Shown here one piece after another: positions 24,212 through 38,004 of a DNA stretch of 64,000 nt. Source of the DNA: Kondoa subrosea (Eukaryota); the NCBI GenBank assembly GCA_039545335.1, contig BCIN01000002.1, positions 2,820,678-2,884,677 on the forward strand, written 5' to 3'. A program made the translations under genes and the position numbers. Each line of letters opens with the position of its first letter. The first letter of the stretch is position 1. The notes under the pieces are model-generated. The model searched no databases. It had not been told where the DNA came from and saw only the letters and a program-made list of their open reading frames with translations.

Positions 24212-25537
24212 ATGTCAGAATATCAAAGTAAGTAGTCTGATTGTCGATAGGCGCGAACTGTAGCTGATGATTGGTAAGCAGATTTGGAAGCTCTGACGCT
24301 ATCAAATGAATTACCCAATATACCTTCTTGCGAATTTACTACTCACCCTCCTTTTGAAGCAGGCTCTACAGACCTGCTCAATGATGGCGAACAAAAGAAT
24401 TCAACAGCTTTCAAGGTCATTCCGCTAGAGAAAGGAAATTTACCTCTTGAAGTGAAACACAAAATTCTTGATCTGATTGCTCAAACTCAAGCATTGAGAG
24501 TAGTCAGGATGATGTTGGTTAGCAAGAGCTGTTATCTTGTTATAAAAGGGGATCAAGTCGGATGGAAAAGAAGAACACTAGAATTGTTGGGTGAACAAGA
24601 TAAAGATTGGAAGCTGTGGTCCCAGATTGATGAAACGGCATCAATTGATTGGTTTGAAAAATGGCGCAAGGCATACTTAAGGCGCTGTTTTGGTTGCAAA
24701 GCTTCCGACTTAGGGGGATTATCCAAAGCGGGCAATCGTTACGAACCAAAAGACTCTGTTCTATGTCAAAATTGCTTCATCCGCGACTATCGATTTCGGG
24801 TCATTCACTTTTCTGATTTCCCGTCGTTTCACTTGCAGCCAGAAGAAGTGAAGGAAATTGCCTTCTTCACCTCGTGTCATGGCACGGAAAAGGTGGAGGT
24901 ATGCATGGATAACGAAGTCATGGAAATCAAGAAAGTTAAAGATGAAAGAAGACAGAAAGAGCTGACTCTTCTTGCAAGTCAACTTCCTCATGAACAGATG
25001 CTTGCCTGGCAGGCTGCTTTGGCTGAAGTATCCTCCTCTAGACGAAGACTTCTTAGGAAGATCAAAGCTCAATACGAAGCCATTCTTTCTGCCATTGATC
25101 CACCCGAAATCAAATCTCTCATTTCAATCGTCGAAGCCTATCAGAAGTGGTGTGCTGTTCCTGAACAAGTCAAGAAGTATTTGACAGAACAGAAGCTGCC
25201 GATATCAACCACTAAGGCTCAAGGCGCACTCGATTGGTTATACTGTGAACCTGGCGGAGATAGCCAAAATCGAGATTCAATGCCTTCATGGCGAGAAGGA
25301 TTGGCTAACGATGATGTGCAAATGCAAGAATTCATCAAAGAAGTTCAAAATCCTACTAACTCGAACGCTTCTTGGGATTGTGTTGGCTGTTCAAAAACTC
25401 CATCTTTAGCTTGTCCATCCAAGAAATGCGCTCGATGCTGTTCTGGATGCTCTCGACACATCAAGAGGGAGCAATATGGGAGCTATGGTAGATCTTATCA
25501 CGAATATGATCGATATGGGCATTCGGATGAGGATTAG
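24212..25537 (+). CDS. F-box-like protein with Cys-rich zinc-binding motifs
   Basis: Short first exon MSEYQ, intron 24228-24281, then a long exon containing F-box-like LPLEVKHKILDLI, CFGC...CQNC and C-terminal CVGC-x7-C-x4-CARCCSGCSRH. Confidence 0.6.
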
Positions 25538-26071
25538 GAAGAGGAAGACTATTATTCTTCACGATATTATTGAACATCAGTATGTTTTCTTGCATCCTCA
25601 CAACTTGCTGCCATCTTCTGATCTGCTGAGCTGAGGAAAAGGGGAAAGATGTCCCCTCGGAAGCATAGCACTGAAAGGAACCGTACCCCGTACAGACGTC
25701 TTTCGCAAAACCAGTTTTTGACAAGCCCATAATTATCGAGAGCATAGCATAGTCACAGCCATCTTTGCTGATACACAAAGACCTCTGTCGCGCGCAGCAC
25801 CCTTTTATAAGATCGACGACAAAACACTTTCGTCTGCCTCTATTCGGTCCTACTCTGCTAGCCTATTAGCTTATTGCCCATGACTACTCTTCGTTGCAGT
25901 CCGAATGCGGCTTCAGCTACCAATGTCCGACTCTGTTTTCGGGCGACCTGGTGCCTATCAGTACCGTTCCTGTTGCCAGCAGAGACGCCTTTTCCACAGC
26001 GCTAGCTTCATCCAACAGCGATTCCCATTTGCCAGTCAGCCGTAAGCAACAGGCAAAGCAACTTTCAATTC

Positions 26072-27325
26072 ATGTCGACTCTGTCTGCGCTTGCCAAACA
26101 TTTCACCACGATACGTGATGTTCAAGGCGTCATTATCGGTACATATGACACCATCCTGCCCGCGATGCTGCAAACCATCTTTCACGTACTGCTAAAGGAG
26201 GAGAACGATTCTGACACCGATCTACTCATGGTCTTTCGCCCGCTATGGGACAACTTCAAGACCTCGCAAGAAGAGTTTGACAATTCAGTCGAGAAAAGAA
26301 GAATGGCATTGCATACTGTATTCGCAGAGAGTTGATGTCTCTATCGCATTCTGCTACAGTCGAACTTACAGAAGAGAAGAGGGATGAGCTGTACGGTTTT
26401 GTGCGCAACGATCAGGCCGATTCAGAATGTATCATCAGCATCACCACGTTCCACTTCGAACGACTGATCAAGCTGTCAAGCCCGTATCAGACTGATGGTA
26501 ATCCGAGTGTTAGCACACAACAGGAGGCGCAGATGGAGCATGTTCTGCTACATCTGTTTCTGGTACTCTTGCATGAGCTCGGTCATCTTTTCGCGCGATC
26601 TGTTAGTCAATTTTCTGCTGTCTATGACTGCCTTCTAATCTGGCCTCAGTTACATCCAAGTCTTCATACACCTGAAGGTCGAAAGGCTCAGGAGAGCTCT
26701 CGTAGAGGCGAAATCGAAGGAGAGGGCAGCGAGCTGATCGAGGACGCGATATGTGGAGCTCCTGTCGATTTGTCCAATGATATAGGTGAGCAATTCATTC
26801 CCACACAATTTCTGATAATCAGCTAAGCGGCTTTTACATCTAGCTCACCCGTCAATCGGCATTCGAATGATGGTATCAGGTCGGATAGTCAAAGATACCC
26901 GCGTCAAAGAATTGCTGCAAGAATTCATGCTATCACGTAATGCACCGTCCATGTTCGGCTTCTTGATTCCTCTTTTCAGACCCACCCATCTCTTAACACC
27001 CTGCTCCAAACTCTTCCGAGAAAATTTAGACAAGACTGGATATCTCGTAACGCAGTGCCCCTCGCGCAACTCTTTCTCCGACTACATACCGACCACCTCG
27101 AGTCCTTGTCAAAATCCCGAGATTTCTTCTCTGACGGACCATGCGTTTTCCGCTATGCCAAACATTCTCTCAGTAAGACACGAGCGACAACAAGCTTCAG
27201 TCGGTTCAGACGTCTCCGATACATTGCGACCGGCTCGCCTCAACTTCAGCGGGACAAATCCCGGCGTGGAAGTTGATTTTGGCTCATTTGCAATAGTGCC
27301 CACTGGCCGTTGCATCGAGAAATAG
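26072..27325 (+). CDS. Uncharacterised protein with an HExxH motif
   Basis: Spliced ORFs containing LVLLHELGHLF followed by TP..GEGSELIEDAICG. The start may lie upstream, near 25880. Confidence 0.55.
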
Positions 27326-27862
27326 ACATTCAACACGTTACATGTATCGTAAGCTTGAAAGACCCCCAATACCAGCAGTACAAGATTTGGTGCGACCTCA
27401 GCATGTATCTATCCTTTCGAAAGCGACAAGCTGTACAGCGCTCTGGCAGTCCGCGAATCATCCAGGAGCTATGGGTATGCCTGGCATAGTCGGGCAGCTC
27501 CGGAAGATAATAAGGCGGTGAACTACCTCCGCCCTTTACGAGGAGCGAAAAGATTTTGAGTTCGCTTAGCTCTCGCGAGAGAAGCGCGTCCTTTGCAACT
27601 AAGGCACCCAAGACTCCCAGTAGGAAATGCCAAAATCAAAAGTCGTCGTTCAGTAATCTCCCTTTGTGACATCGATCTTTTCATTCTGATTTTCATACTT
27701 GTCCTCTCTCTTTCTCTCTCTTCTCATCTCCATCTCTCCTCCACGTCTTCATCCGAACTCCTCGACATACCTTTTCTAGCCAACTCAAGCAATGACTTGT
27801 ACGCAATGATCCGAGCGAAACTTCGAAGCTTATCAGACTCTTGACTAGCTTTCGCGGGCAAA

Positions 27863-30217
27863 ATGAAGAAGAAGCTAGCAGGAGGACAGACCTCCAGCTC
27901 GAGCCCTACTCCTCCCTTTACTTCTTCGCCGCAGACTTCAAGCAAGTCGGGAAGCAACGAGAAGTCTGTCGAAGAGGCATCTAAGCGGTCAGTCGCATTC
28001 TCAGACTGGTATGCTAGCTAGGCCTCTGACTCTCTGATCCTAGAATCATCAATTACATGTCTGATTCTCTCATGTATTTGTCTAAGATCCGTAACCTCAC
28101 CAACAAGGCTTATCATGCGGATCCCATACTCTGCAAGTTCTTCTCAGATCAAGAGAAAGCAACGCTCTTCAATGGTCGCTTACAATCCAACGCTATTCCT
28201 GTCTTGAAGATCATGGGCATGTACAAGATGCCGGTCGACTCGCAACTCATTGAAAGGAAATTACTCGCCAAAAACAGTAGCTTCTCATGCGCCGACCTCA
28301 TTCAAACAACTTGCTACACTGTCCTATTTGTTCTTGATAACGACCGCAAATTACACCAAATTGCGCATGATCCCAAGGGCATGAACGATGACTTGCACAA
28401 ACACGCCTTTCTTACAATATCCTTTGGCGTGGATATGGCTTTTCTAAAGGGTCACCCTATTGAGGTACGTATCGTTGTAGGATTCTTCTGCATTGCCTCG
28501 TTCAAAATCTTCAAACAGTTCGAGCCAATGTATCAGATGCCTGGCAGAACACGCCAACGTATCCTCTTGAAGAATCGAGATGACTTGCAGGTAGAAACTG
28601 TACTGCAGATTTTATGATTTGCGCTGATTCAAGACAGGGGAAATCATTACTTGAATGGCTGCTCCTTGCAATTGCACGACACTGCCCGGGTACAGCCGAA
28701 TTCGAGCCTGAAACAACTTATAGCGACGCCTATTTCAGTTCGAGCAAGAGGAGCACAGGAGCCTTGACTAGATCTGGCTTCGTACGTCCGCTTCTTTGAA
28801 CGGTGTAGATCTAGGATTGATCCCGAAACCGGCCTAGTGGTCCCAAGATTCGTCAGGAGAGAGCTTCATTGAGCACTACAATATGGTCATGAGTGGTATC
28901 AATCCAATTGGGCCTGCTGTCCTCTGCCTACCGTTAACAGCGCTGGAGAGATTGAACTCTAGTCTTTTCGATTTCTCGTATACTAGAAGCGATGGCCGCG
29001 AGTCGACCTTCATCAACAATGCTCAAGGACTACAAATGAACTTTCAGAATGGACCCCTTGGTGATGTTGCTTTTCGGACCTCATTTATTCATCTATGTCG
29101 CAATCAGAATAACGCCTTCGAAGGCTTTGATAAGAAGTGAGATGCTGTATGATTGTCTGGTATCGAACTCACACGATAGTCTTCTAGTCCTCGAATTGGT
29201 CATGGTTATGACTGCAACTCCTGCGCAAGTATCGAAGCGCAAACGATGGCTAATCCGAAGATGCGGATGAGCACCGACCCCCAAGGACTAGTACCCCTGC
29301 GGTGTCTCGCCAAATGGTCAGTCAGATGTCTTCTGCAAATTGACACGTCTAAGCTGTCTCAGTTTTCTTTCGATGGATCCAATTGTGGACACTATGTTGG
29401 CCTCGATTTCTCATGTGTCCTTCGCAGCTAATGATCAGGTTTGGACATCCAGGGACGAGAAGAAGAGCAAAGATATGGTCATCAAGTCATCTATGCCCAA
29501 GCCAATCATGAAATGGAAGAATACAGGGGCGACGAGTCACTATACTATACAGAGCTATTATGAAACCCTGATCCTGGAAATGGACTATGATGCAACAGAG
29601 AGACCCCAATTGGAAGCCTCGTACAAGGTTATGCGTGACTTCTTGCTCAACGCTGAAACAACATCATGCAGTAAGATAGTAATACTTCGCAGTCCATCTC
29701 TAAAGCCGGGTGTCAGAGATCGCCCAACCTCTATACACCATCCCATCCGTTGGCCATGTGGACCCAAGATTTCCTGGCGTTAGCTTGTGTGAGTGCGCTA
29801 AATCCCGCCGAAATTAAGCTAACTCGGTATTTCCAGATTCTGCCGATTGGCGTAAGCTTTGAGCGTTATTTAATGGTATCGGTACTCACAGCTCGGAACA
29901 GATCGAAAGCATGCCGCTGAAGGGAGGACATTGGAGAAGGCTTTTGCTGGCAGTCCTCGTACATGATCTGCCTGTCTTCCGTCTTGCAAAGTGCTGATCA
30001 GCTCATAGTCTCTCAGGCCTACATCAATCGCATCAGTGATCCTGCTACTATTCAAAAGCATTCGGCCTATGTTGACCAACAGCGAGCCTTTGAGCAGTAC
30101 CATCAGACGAAACAACCTCAAGTTCCGCTTACTTTCAGGAATGTGCATGGCACCCCTGATAAACTTCGTATGTCGTGTAATCCGAAAAGCGACTGTTCCC
30201 TTACTGCTTTTGCGTAG
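27863..30217 (+). CDS. Uncharacterised multi-exon protein
   Basis: A chain of + strand ORFs (28057, 28614, 28883, 29340, 29963) separated by GT-AG intron-like gaps. No family recognised and the ends are uncertain. Confidence 0.45.
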
Positions 30218-31063
30218 ATACGCCCGACTTCCACGAGAATCGCGCTCAAATCTTGCAGAAAGCCGAGCAGATGAACGAGCACAGGCAGAACCCACTACAT
30301 CCTGAATATCCGACCCAATTTGCCACAGACTTAGAGAGAGCAAAGTGAGTCCGGCTCTTTTGAGCTATACATAAAATGATACTGCCATGAAGCGACTTCT
30401 ATGCAACTCATAAGCAGCTAGAAACTGGTCATTGGATTCACAATCCATATACATATAGTAAGGACGCTCCAAGGTGGTCTACAGCTCCGCATCCCGTCCA
30501 TGGTCGCCTTCCCTTCCATCCCTTGAATGTTGATCACCCGGCACATATCGCGACCAATCGGGTAGATAATCGGGACACCTATCATCAGACGAAGACGCCT
30601 GATCCCATTGCCAAGAAAATTGCTGACGACCCTGCCACCATATACGGTATGTAGTATGCAATTGTAGCGCATGCCTTAAATTAAGGCGTTAGTCTTAGGT
30701 TCAAAAGGCTATGGTCGGCGTTTCTGAAGTTTTGTTACCGTATCAGCAAAGACATTGCAGTATGCTTCAAACAGACAATCAGTGAAACCGCAGTTTAGAC
30801 TAGTAGTGTATGTTAGCATGCATGAATCAGATCGATGATGTTCCAATCCCCCGAGCTGTCACCCTCGCCTACCCGTATCGGGCGTGCAGCTGTCAGCATG
30901 GATCAAGATACTATCGGTACTACATATGATGTTTGGTTTAATTGAAGCTTGTGAATGAGACCCGCGTGTTGTGATGAGACAAGCTGCAAGCGATTCCAAT
31001 AGAAAAATATAGCATGATGGTATATACATAACTGCCTGCCCTGTGCAGTTGAATGTAGCTTAT

Positions 31064-32581
31064 TCACTTTTTGTCTCTTCCTGCTACCTCCTCGCGTCCT
31101 TTTTCTGCAGAACGATGGCATCTTTTTGAGTGTCCGTTCTTCCAATCGGCAGTTTGACATTCTCGGCTGCAATAGAGGCTTTTACAGCATATGATCAGCT
31201 ATAGTCTGCGAAATGCCATGCAACTTACTTGGTTGCACATGCACCACAAACTTTGAAAGGCGAATGAGCTGAATCTCCGATCGCACCCTTGGCGCAAGTA
31301 ACGCATGCACACACATTGACTGCAGTGCACCAGAAAATAAGCTCCTTTACTAGACGTGAAAATCGAAAAATCGAAGAAAGTAGCTTACAAGGTTTCTTGA
31401 CTTTTTCTAGCATAGCCAGACCAGTAATTTCACCTTTTAACATTTGCTCGAAATTTTTCGCCAAAGCGGGAAATGGTACATGAGCAAAACGAGTTGAAAA
31501 TTTCCATCTCCATGCGTTCCATCTTTCTCTATTAGCCTCAGTCACGGAACGAGCTGATTTGGTTTCGTCAAGATAGCAAACTCCAAAAACGACGCCGGCA
31601 AAAATGATAATTCTTCCTGGGTTAGATTGAGGTGATTTGTGGTTGTAGTCAAAGTCGTAGAAGCGTTTGAATAGCAAAAGAACAGGGAAAGTTTGTGCCA
31701 AGTGAGCTGGTTTAGGTAAAGCTGGCTGGATGGGAAATCGTTTGGTTGCATCAATGTAAATAAGATCAAGTTTGGCGACTACTTTTTCGGTTGCTTGAGG
31801 ATGTTTGATGCAGTTGAGTCGCATCTCGTCGAAGAACATGTGTAACAAAGCTGGCATAGCCAGATGAAAATGAGGCGATTTCGTTAAGCGCAAGGTATCG
31901 GCAAGTTGGACAAGCTAGACAACATGCCATATTAGCTCAAGCCCGATGTTTACTGTTGCGAAGAGCTCACCAAAGCAAATTGACGAACGGTAATTGAGAT
32001 GATGCGTTCAACGATTGCCTGCTGATAACCCTTCCAAGCTTGAACGTGCGCAAAAGTGCGACGAAGAGTCCATGCCGCTTTCATGACATCGGTACGCATA
32101 GATTCAGTGATGTTGTTGCCCATTGTTTCGAATGCTCGGGCAGCTCTTGGTAACCAGCTCTCGCATGCTGAAAGAAAGTCTTCAAGATGTTCTGACAATA
32201 AAACTCGGACAGTGATAGAGTCCATCTTGGTTCTACGAACAGTTCCGCTGCAAGGCAGGAGTATGAGCGATTGATTGATTTCAAGGTTAAGCAGACGAAC
32301 CTGCTTCCAAGCAGGTTTCCAAGAGGGAAATGATGACCTTTGCCTTCGCGCGTATCCTTACAGTAGCTAACCATTTGGGCAGTGAGTTGCCTAGCCCACT
32401 TTGCTTGTTCAGGTTCTGCAGGGTAGTGCTTGAGCGTTTTACTTTGTAGCAGTTCCTCTGTCACGAGCTCCTCCCTGATTCCAAACATCTTCATCATCAT
32501 TTCATCGATTTCTGTAAATGGGACAGATTGATCTGACTGCGCATGTTTAGGGACAGGAATGTGTCGACCAGAAAAGTTCAT
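31064..32581 (-). CDS. Protein with C-terminal MYND-type zinc finger
   Basis: CACVTC...FKVCGAC...|LYCSRECQTADWKNGHSKRC; stop at 31064. Confidence 0.8.
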
Positions 32582-32796
32582 GATAAAGCGCAGCCGTTTG
32601 CGGCCAGTAAGGGGGACTGCAATGAAATTCTACAACGCAACAATGCCAACTCTTCTTGAGCGTGTCGAGAGATGTAGCAAGTAACGGTTCGCGGTCAACA
32701 AGTAACAATGCAACATCATAAGCTCCTTACATAATGTGAGTACAGGAAGCGAATTGTCAACAAAACAAACGACTGCAAGCTCTACCTAACCCAAGA

Positions 32797-34379
32797 CTAT
32801 AGTACAAACGCAAGCGCTAAACCAAGGAGCCCAAAAACGAAGCTGCTTTGGACCGCAGCAGCACTGCTTGTTTGCTGCACCAAGCCTCTACCCAGCGCGA
32901 ATATTTCTCCTGTTGTGTCCAAGCTGACAAATAGCCGTCCATCTGGATGAACAGCCATACCGACAGGTCGGGCACACCCATCATTCAAACAAGATTGGAG
33001 GTTGCCCTGAAAGATGGCTGCGTAGCCTGTATTGCTCGAGGCAGGAGCGACTGGCTGTCCGTTCGACCATGGTATTCGTACGACGGAGTACCCATGAGCT
33101 TCAGGCGCGCTATATCATGATATCAATATATTGAGAATTTGAACATTTAGTGCGACGTACTTCCAAGAGCCATGCATAGTGACTAAGGCCGATCCAATCC
33201 AGTCGCAAGGAAGAGCGCTATCAGAGCAATTTTGAGGAGAATAGAATTTGATGTCCAGAGGAGCCTGGACATTGTACTGAGCATCCAATTCAAGCTTCTT
33301 ACGCATACAGACGCACGGAATGACCCAGGAATGACAATCTGGGCGGTACTACATTTGCAGTGTTTTGACAGTAGCTATCAGAGACACTTGCATTCGCACT
33401 GAATTGCTGACCAGTGCCAAGGACGGGTTCGATATTTTGTGGGAAATCCCATGCAGTGAAACATGTCGGATATCCTGAAGAGTAGCAATTAGCTGACTGT
33501 CTAGACATCGGAGCAAGGTGCTAACCATAGTTTCTGCCCAAGTTATTCAAATCGATGACATTCAACTCTTCAGCGGGATTATCATCGTGAACATCGCCAT
33601 ACACGGAAGAGACGATATTATCAGCGCTATTCTCCACCTGATATAGATAATTTGGTTGTCTGGGATCTATCGCCAGTCCCACTGAGTTTCGTAAGCCTGA
33701 TGCAACAAGTTCGCCTTGCAAGAAAGTTTGACTAGTTGAAGTATTAAGAGGGAAGCGTCGAACTTGAGCTGATCCAGTCGACGGATCCAATGCTAGTTCA
33801 TCGATATTTGGTCCAGATCCCCTTGAGATATAAATATATGATGGAGGTGAAGAAGTATCTAGTTGAAGGGTGCGAGTTGTCTGTCATGAAGAGCGTCACA
33901 CCAGAACTCTGTCAGTTCATGGAAGAACTTACATGACCATTATTCGTCATTCCAGTGACTAGTGTCGTAGGAGATCCGACACTGATGTCGCTCGCGCTGT
34001 AATCATAACGATATAACTCATCGTCCGAGCTGACATAGAGAAGGTTCGATGCTTGATCCAGTTGAATACCAGTATTGAAAGCAGGGTTATCGATAAGTAG
34101 CCTTTGCTCCCAGCAGTCCCCTTTGTCTGTTAATGCAATTACTCCTCGACCGCTATCAACTACCAACAGATTCCCAGCTTGATCAAATAGCATATGCCGA
34201 GGTCTAGTCAGACCAGTCTGTACAGCTATAAGACTCAGTCCTTCTGCCAAGGTATAATCGTTGAATTGCAGCTTGGTAGCCGAAAGAGCTTGACATGAGA
34301 TTGCAGAAGCTGGAGCGGCTTGTACTGGTAAGAAGAGGTATAGAAAGAATATGCATGGGTATATTATTGCTTTGAACAT
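32797..34379 (-). CDS. Secreted PQQ-dependent sugar dehydrogenase (CAZy AA12 / soluble quinoprotein glucose-sorbosone dehydrogenase fold), probably GPI-anchored
   Basis: Signal peptide; GLRNSVGLA, DDNPAEELN, YGYPTCFTAWD, PPRLSFLGHS|APLDIKF, VTMHGSW and RPVGMAV; C-terminus SSAAAVQSSFVFGLLGLALAFVL*. Confidence 0.85.
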
Positions 34380-34567
34380 GGCCGCGCGCAAAGAGCAGCG
34401 ATCAGCGGAAATGAAAAAGAGTTGATCATCGGCTTGGCATTCTGTTCACGTGATGGGATAGACTTTGTAATGCCGTTCCCACCTATGCCGACAATGTCCT
34501 TTTTACTGATGCTTTTATTCATACTTATTAGTACAATCTACAAGCTATTGAAACAAGACTCACCATC

Positions 34568-36096
34568 TCAGATATGCGATTGCCGCCAAAGAGCTTTCAC
34601 TGTGTCCCTATCGTGTTGATTGATCTTCCCTTCTTGACCAACAATCCAGAACGATTCAGACAACACTTCGTCTTTACTCGTTACCATCGGTCTACCAATT
34701 CCTCCCGCTTGTATCCTCAATTCTATCTTATCCTTATCTAGACCTTGATGGATTTTCTCCCACTCGCTGATGAAGATCTGGCCTTGCCTTTGTCTGCTTG
34801 GCACGGCAGAACAGCACCAACATTGACCATCTAGATCATGTTGCTGTTCAGTTGTTTGAAGGTTGAAAGCAAACTCTATTCAAAGCGGATATCGCAATGC
34901 AGCAAGATGGGACAATATACTCTTGACAATAGCTGAATCAAAACGATGATCTATAGCTAGGGAAAGAGTCTTGATTGTCGGATGTGATGCAACGAAAGAA
35001 AGTAGGGTAACCAGAGAAGGTTTAATAGCTGTTCTTCTTTCGGAATTTGGTGGAGCGCCATTGTCCAGCAACCAATCAGCGAATGGAAAGCGCAAGAGAT
35101 CTAGGTGAAGGCTTTGCAACCAAGGCATAGACGAAAGAAATCCGGCCCAACATGGATTGACCGTATCATACGATGTTCCGTGCGAGAGCGATAAGCTGAA
35201 GGTCTTGAGCCGCGGTAGTACCATACGTGTTGGATTTCCAAGAGCGAAGATAGTCCTGATACTTGAGGGTGACACTCGAAGGCCAGTGACTTCTAGATTT
35301 GTAAGACGCTGACCAAACCGACGCAGAAATTCTTGCGTCGCGAGATCTGCTTTGCTTGTACGATACATATCAATCTTCAAGCTCTTGAATGAGGCAAGAG
35401 TAGTTTCTGCTTCTAGCTTTGGAAGGAGTTCGTCTAGTCGACATTTATCAAAGGACAGCTCTTCCAGTTTATCGCATGCCGAGAGAAGTTTTGCAACGAG
35501 GTGATAAGCTTCTTCATCAGCTTGTTTTCCATTGACTATAGAAGATCGCAAGCTGGACCAGAATGGTACAGTCTTCAATTGCGCAGACAAAGCAGGGCTA
35601 GATGCATTTGTTCCGCATAATAGAAGAGACAGACGGCTTATATTAGCGCAAGAAGGTAGGATAGTCCAAGGATGTAAAGACCTTGTATTGGTGAGATTAG
35701 GTACAGGAGTTTTACGAGCGGAAGCTCTTGTGTGTCTAACATCCTTCAGAGATGACAGATGATCGCTGTAAGACGTGTCAAACGTCGCTGCTTTGACATA
35801 TGCGGCGAGAGAAGGATAGGCCTTCAGAGCAGAAATGACTTTCAATGCGTTTGACCAATCTTTTACAGTCGCATTTCGTGCTTGTATGAACCTTGAGGAG
35901 CCAAATACAATGTATGACATAGGAGGTGATTGCAGGCTTCTCCTGAGGTACACGTTCAGAATCTAACGAGAATAAACAACTGTCCTTGCTCACTGAAGGA
36001 CTTGTCTATTCTGGCGCATACCGCCAGCTCGTGTTGCGTAAAGTCTTCAAGTATGATAGCTAAGAGTTCAGCAGGAAGGATGCGATCTGAAATCAT
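34568..36096 (-). CDS. F-box / LRR-like protein
   Basis: N-terminal ILPAELLAIILEDFTQHELAVCARIDKSF, then LxxLxL repeats (LEELSF, LTNLEV, LKTFSL, LQSLHL). The frame continues past a TGA at 34880-34882 to 34568. Confidence 0.65.
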
Positions 36097-36224
36097 TGGA
36101 AGTTTGGGAGCAACTTGAGTAGAATCTCATTCGATGCACACAACTTATTGTCACTGAAATTGTCCCACTTCGCTTTGTTTCTACATCAAATGCACACTCC
36201 TTTTTCTTTCCTTCCCTCTGCTTA

Positions 36225-38004
36225 CTAAAGTTGAACGCTAGAAAGCACTTCAGCTGAAATTCTTCAGGCATCAGACACCAGACACTTACTAATTGGCTGG
36301 GAAGTTGCCTTGTTGTCCATGGACCCGTCCTGCTCATCTCAGATTAACTCTACTCTGCACATGAAACAGTTCCGTCACTTACCAACCCACCAATCCTCAC
36401 TGCTATCCGTCTTGGTAATCAATTCAATCTTATCACCAGCAGAGAATGATAAGTCCCCTTCAGCAGTCGCAGCATAGTCATATAAAGCAGTACAGATTTC
36501 GACCTTAGGTTTCGCCATTGGAGGCGGAGGCGGCGGAGGTCTTTTAATGGAAGGAGAAGAAGTTAATCCTCCAGAAGGTGAGTAAGCTGGAGGCGCTACA
36601 ACTCCTGCTCCTGAAGTACTGCGATTGAAAGATGGTTTAGACGCAAGCGAAGGTTTAGGAGGAGGTGTTCTAGAGGAAGAAGCGGAGTAGGTTGAAGCAG
36701 AATCAGACTGCGATGCTCCTCGGTTGCGCATGAAGATGGCTGTAGGTTACACCAAAGACAGCATGAGCTATATCCTCATGCATGTGTGACTTGCCTACCT
36801 GTCGAGCCGAAGCGCTTTGTGATGGCCATGTTTTCGATCTGTCCAAACGAATGCTATCAGCCAGCATAGGCAGAGGCATAGCGTCTACGGACCTGCTCAG
36901 CCGTATCTCCGAGTTTCGCAAAGTATGTCTGCTCTACATCTGCGCCCAAATCGTATTTCCCTCCAGAGAAAGCTTGGAACTTCTCGAGCATAACATAGAT
37001 AACTTGCACTGTCAGTATATTCCAAATGCTCATTAGCATTAGCTGATGAAAACTCGCGAGGACTGACGTTGCATGTAATAGAAAGACTCGAAAAGTGGAG
37101 TGATGAAAGCAGTACAGAGCTCAAAGAATTGCGGTAGCTCTTGCTTTAGCGTTGTATTGTGCTGTTCGTAGTCCTGAGATGCAATTTCAAAATCTTGCTC
37201 GATTCTAAACATGTTCTAGACCATGCGGTATCAGTGATTGGATGTAGGAAATGTGCTTGATTATCATTACCTTCTCGTCGCTCAATGACTTGTCCTTCTT
37301 GTCCCGTAATTTAGTGTATGAATTGTTGTGACGATCATAGTCCACAAGCTGTTGGCAGATTACAAGCGAAAATCAGATGGCATTCCGATATCTGCCTTTC
37401 ATCACCAACCTTATGATCTCGCTTGGTAATAGCTTTTCGGATCTTCTTCATCATCTCAACCAATTCTTTGACAGGAGCCATGATCCTGCTTTCGACAAGT
37501 TCGACTTCAGGCATCAGAGCTTCTTGCAATTCAGACATATTAGATTGATAGGCTCCGATATGCTTGATAGTTTCCGCTGCACCAGGATATCGGCTTTCTA
37601 GACCGTATTCGTTGCCTAAAGGTGAGAAGAGAACAGCGAAAGCTTCAGCAAAAGCCGTAGATGATCGAACCATGTCTGGACTGAAAGTCAGCAAAGACAC
37701 TGTACCAATGGATATCACGCACTGTTGATGGCATCTCTGAAAGCTGTTGTGTCTTTCATAAGCTTCTCGGCATATCCCTCGCAAGCCGTAAAGCGTCTGC
37801 CAAGAATGCATGAGAATCTCATTCATCTAGCTCTCAGCTATTGCTGACCTGTTCATTTCATCGAATTCAGCATCGCTGGACTCTGTAATAAACATTAGCG
37901 ATTGGATGTAGGTGTCGAATGCGAATTCGCTAACTTGATGCCATTCCGACTCTGGCAGTGACCAGATGAGGTGCCCTCTTCACAGCCTTCAAAGCGCCCT
38001 TCAT
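36225..38004 (-). CDS. RVS167: BAR-SH3 amphiphysin-like protein (Rvs167/Hob1)
   Basis: MKGALKAVKRAPH, KRDHK|LVDYDRHNNS, Pro-rich linker, SH3 ALYDYAATAEGDLSF..WWVG..GNFPANYV. Confidence 0.9.

Noticed and set aside
9482..34882. TGA recoding (selenocysteine or code change) suggested by in-frame TGAs
   Set aside because: TGA is the normal stop of conserved genes here (HEM12, UPRT, MDV1). The affected genes are not selenoprotein families, and nonsense alleles or introns explain them.
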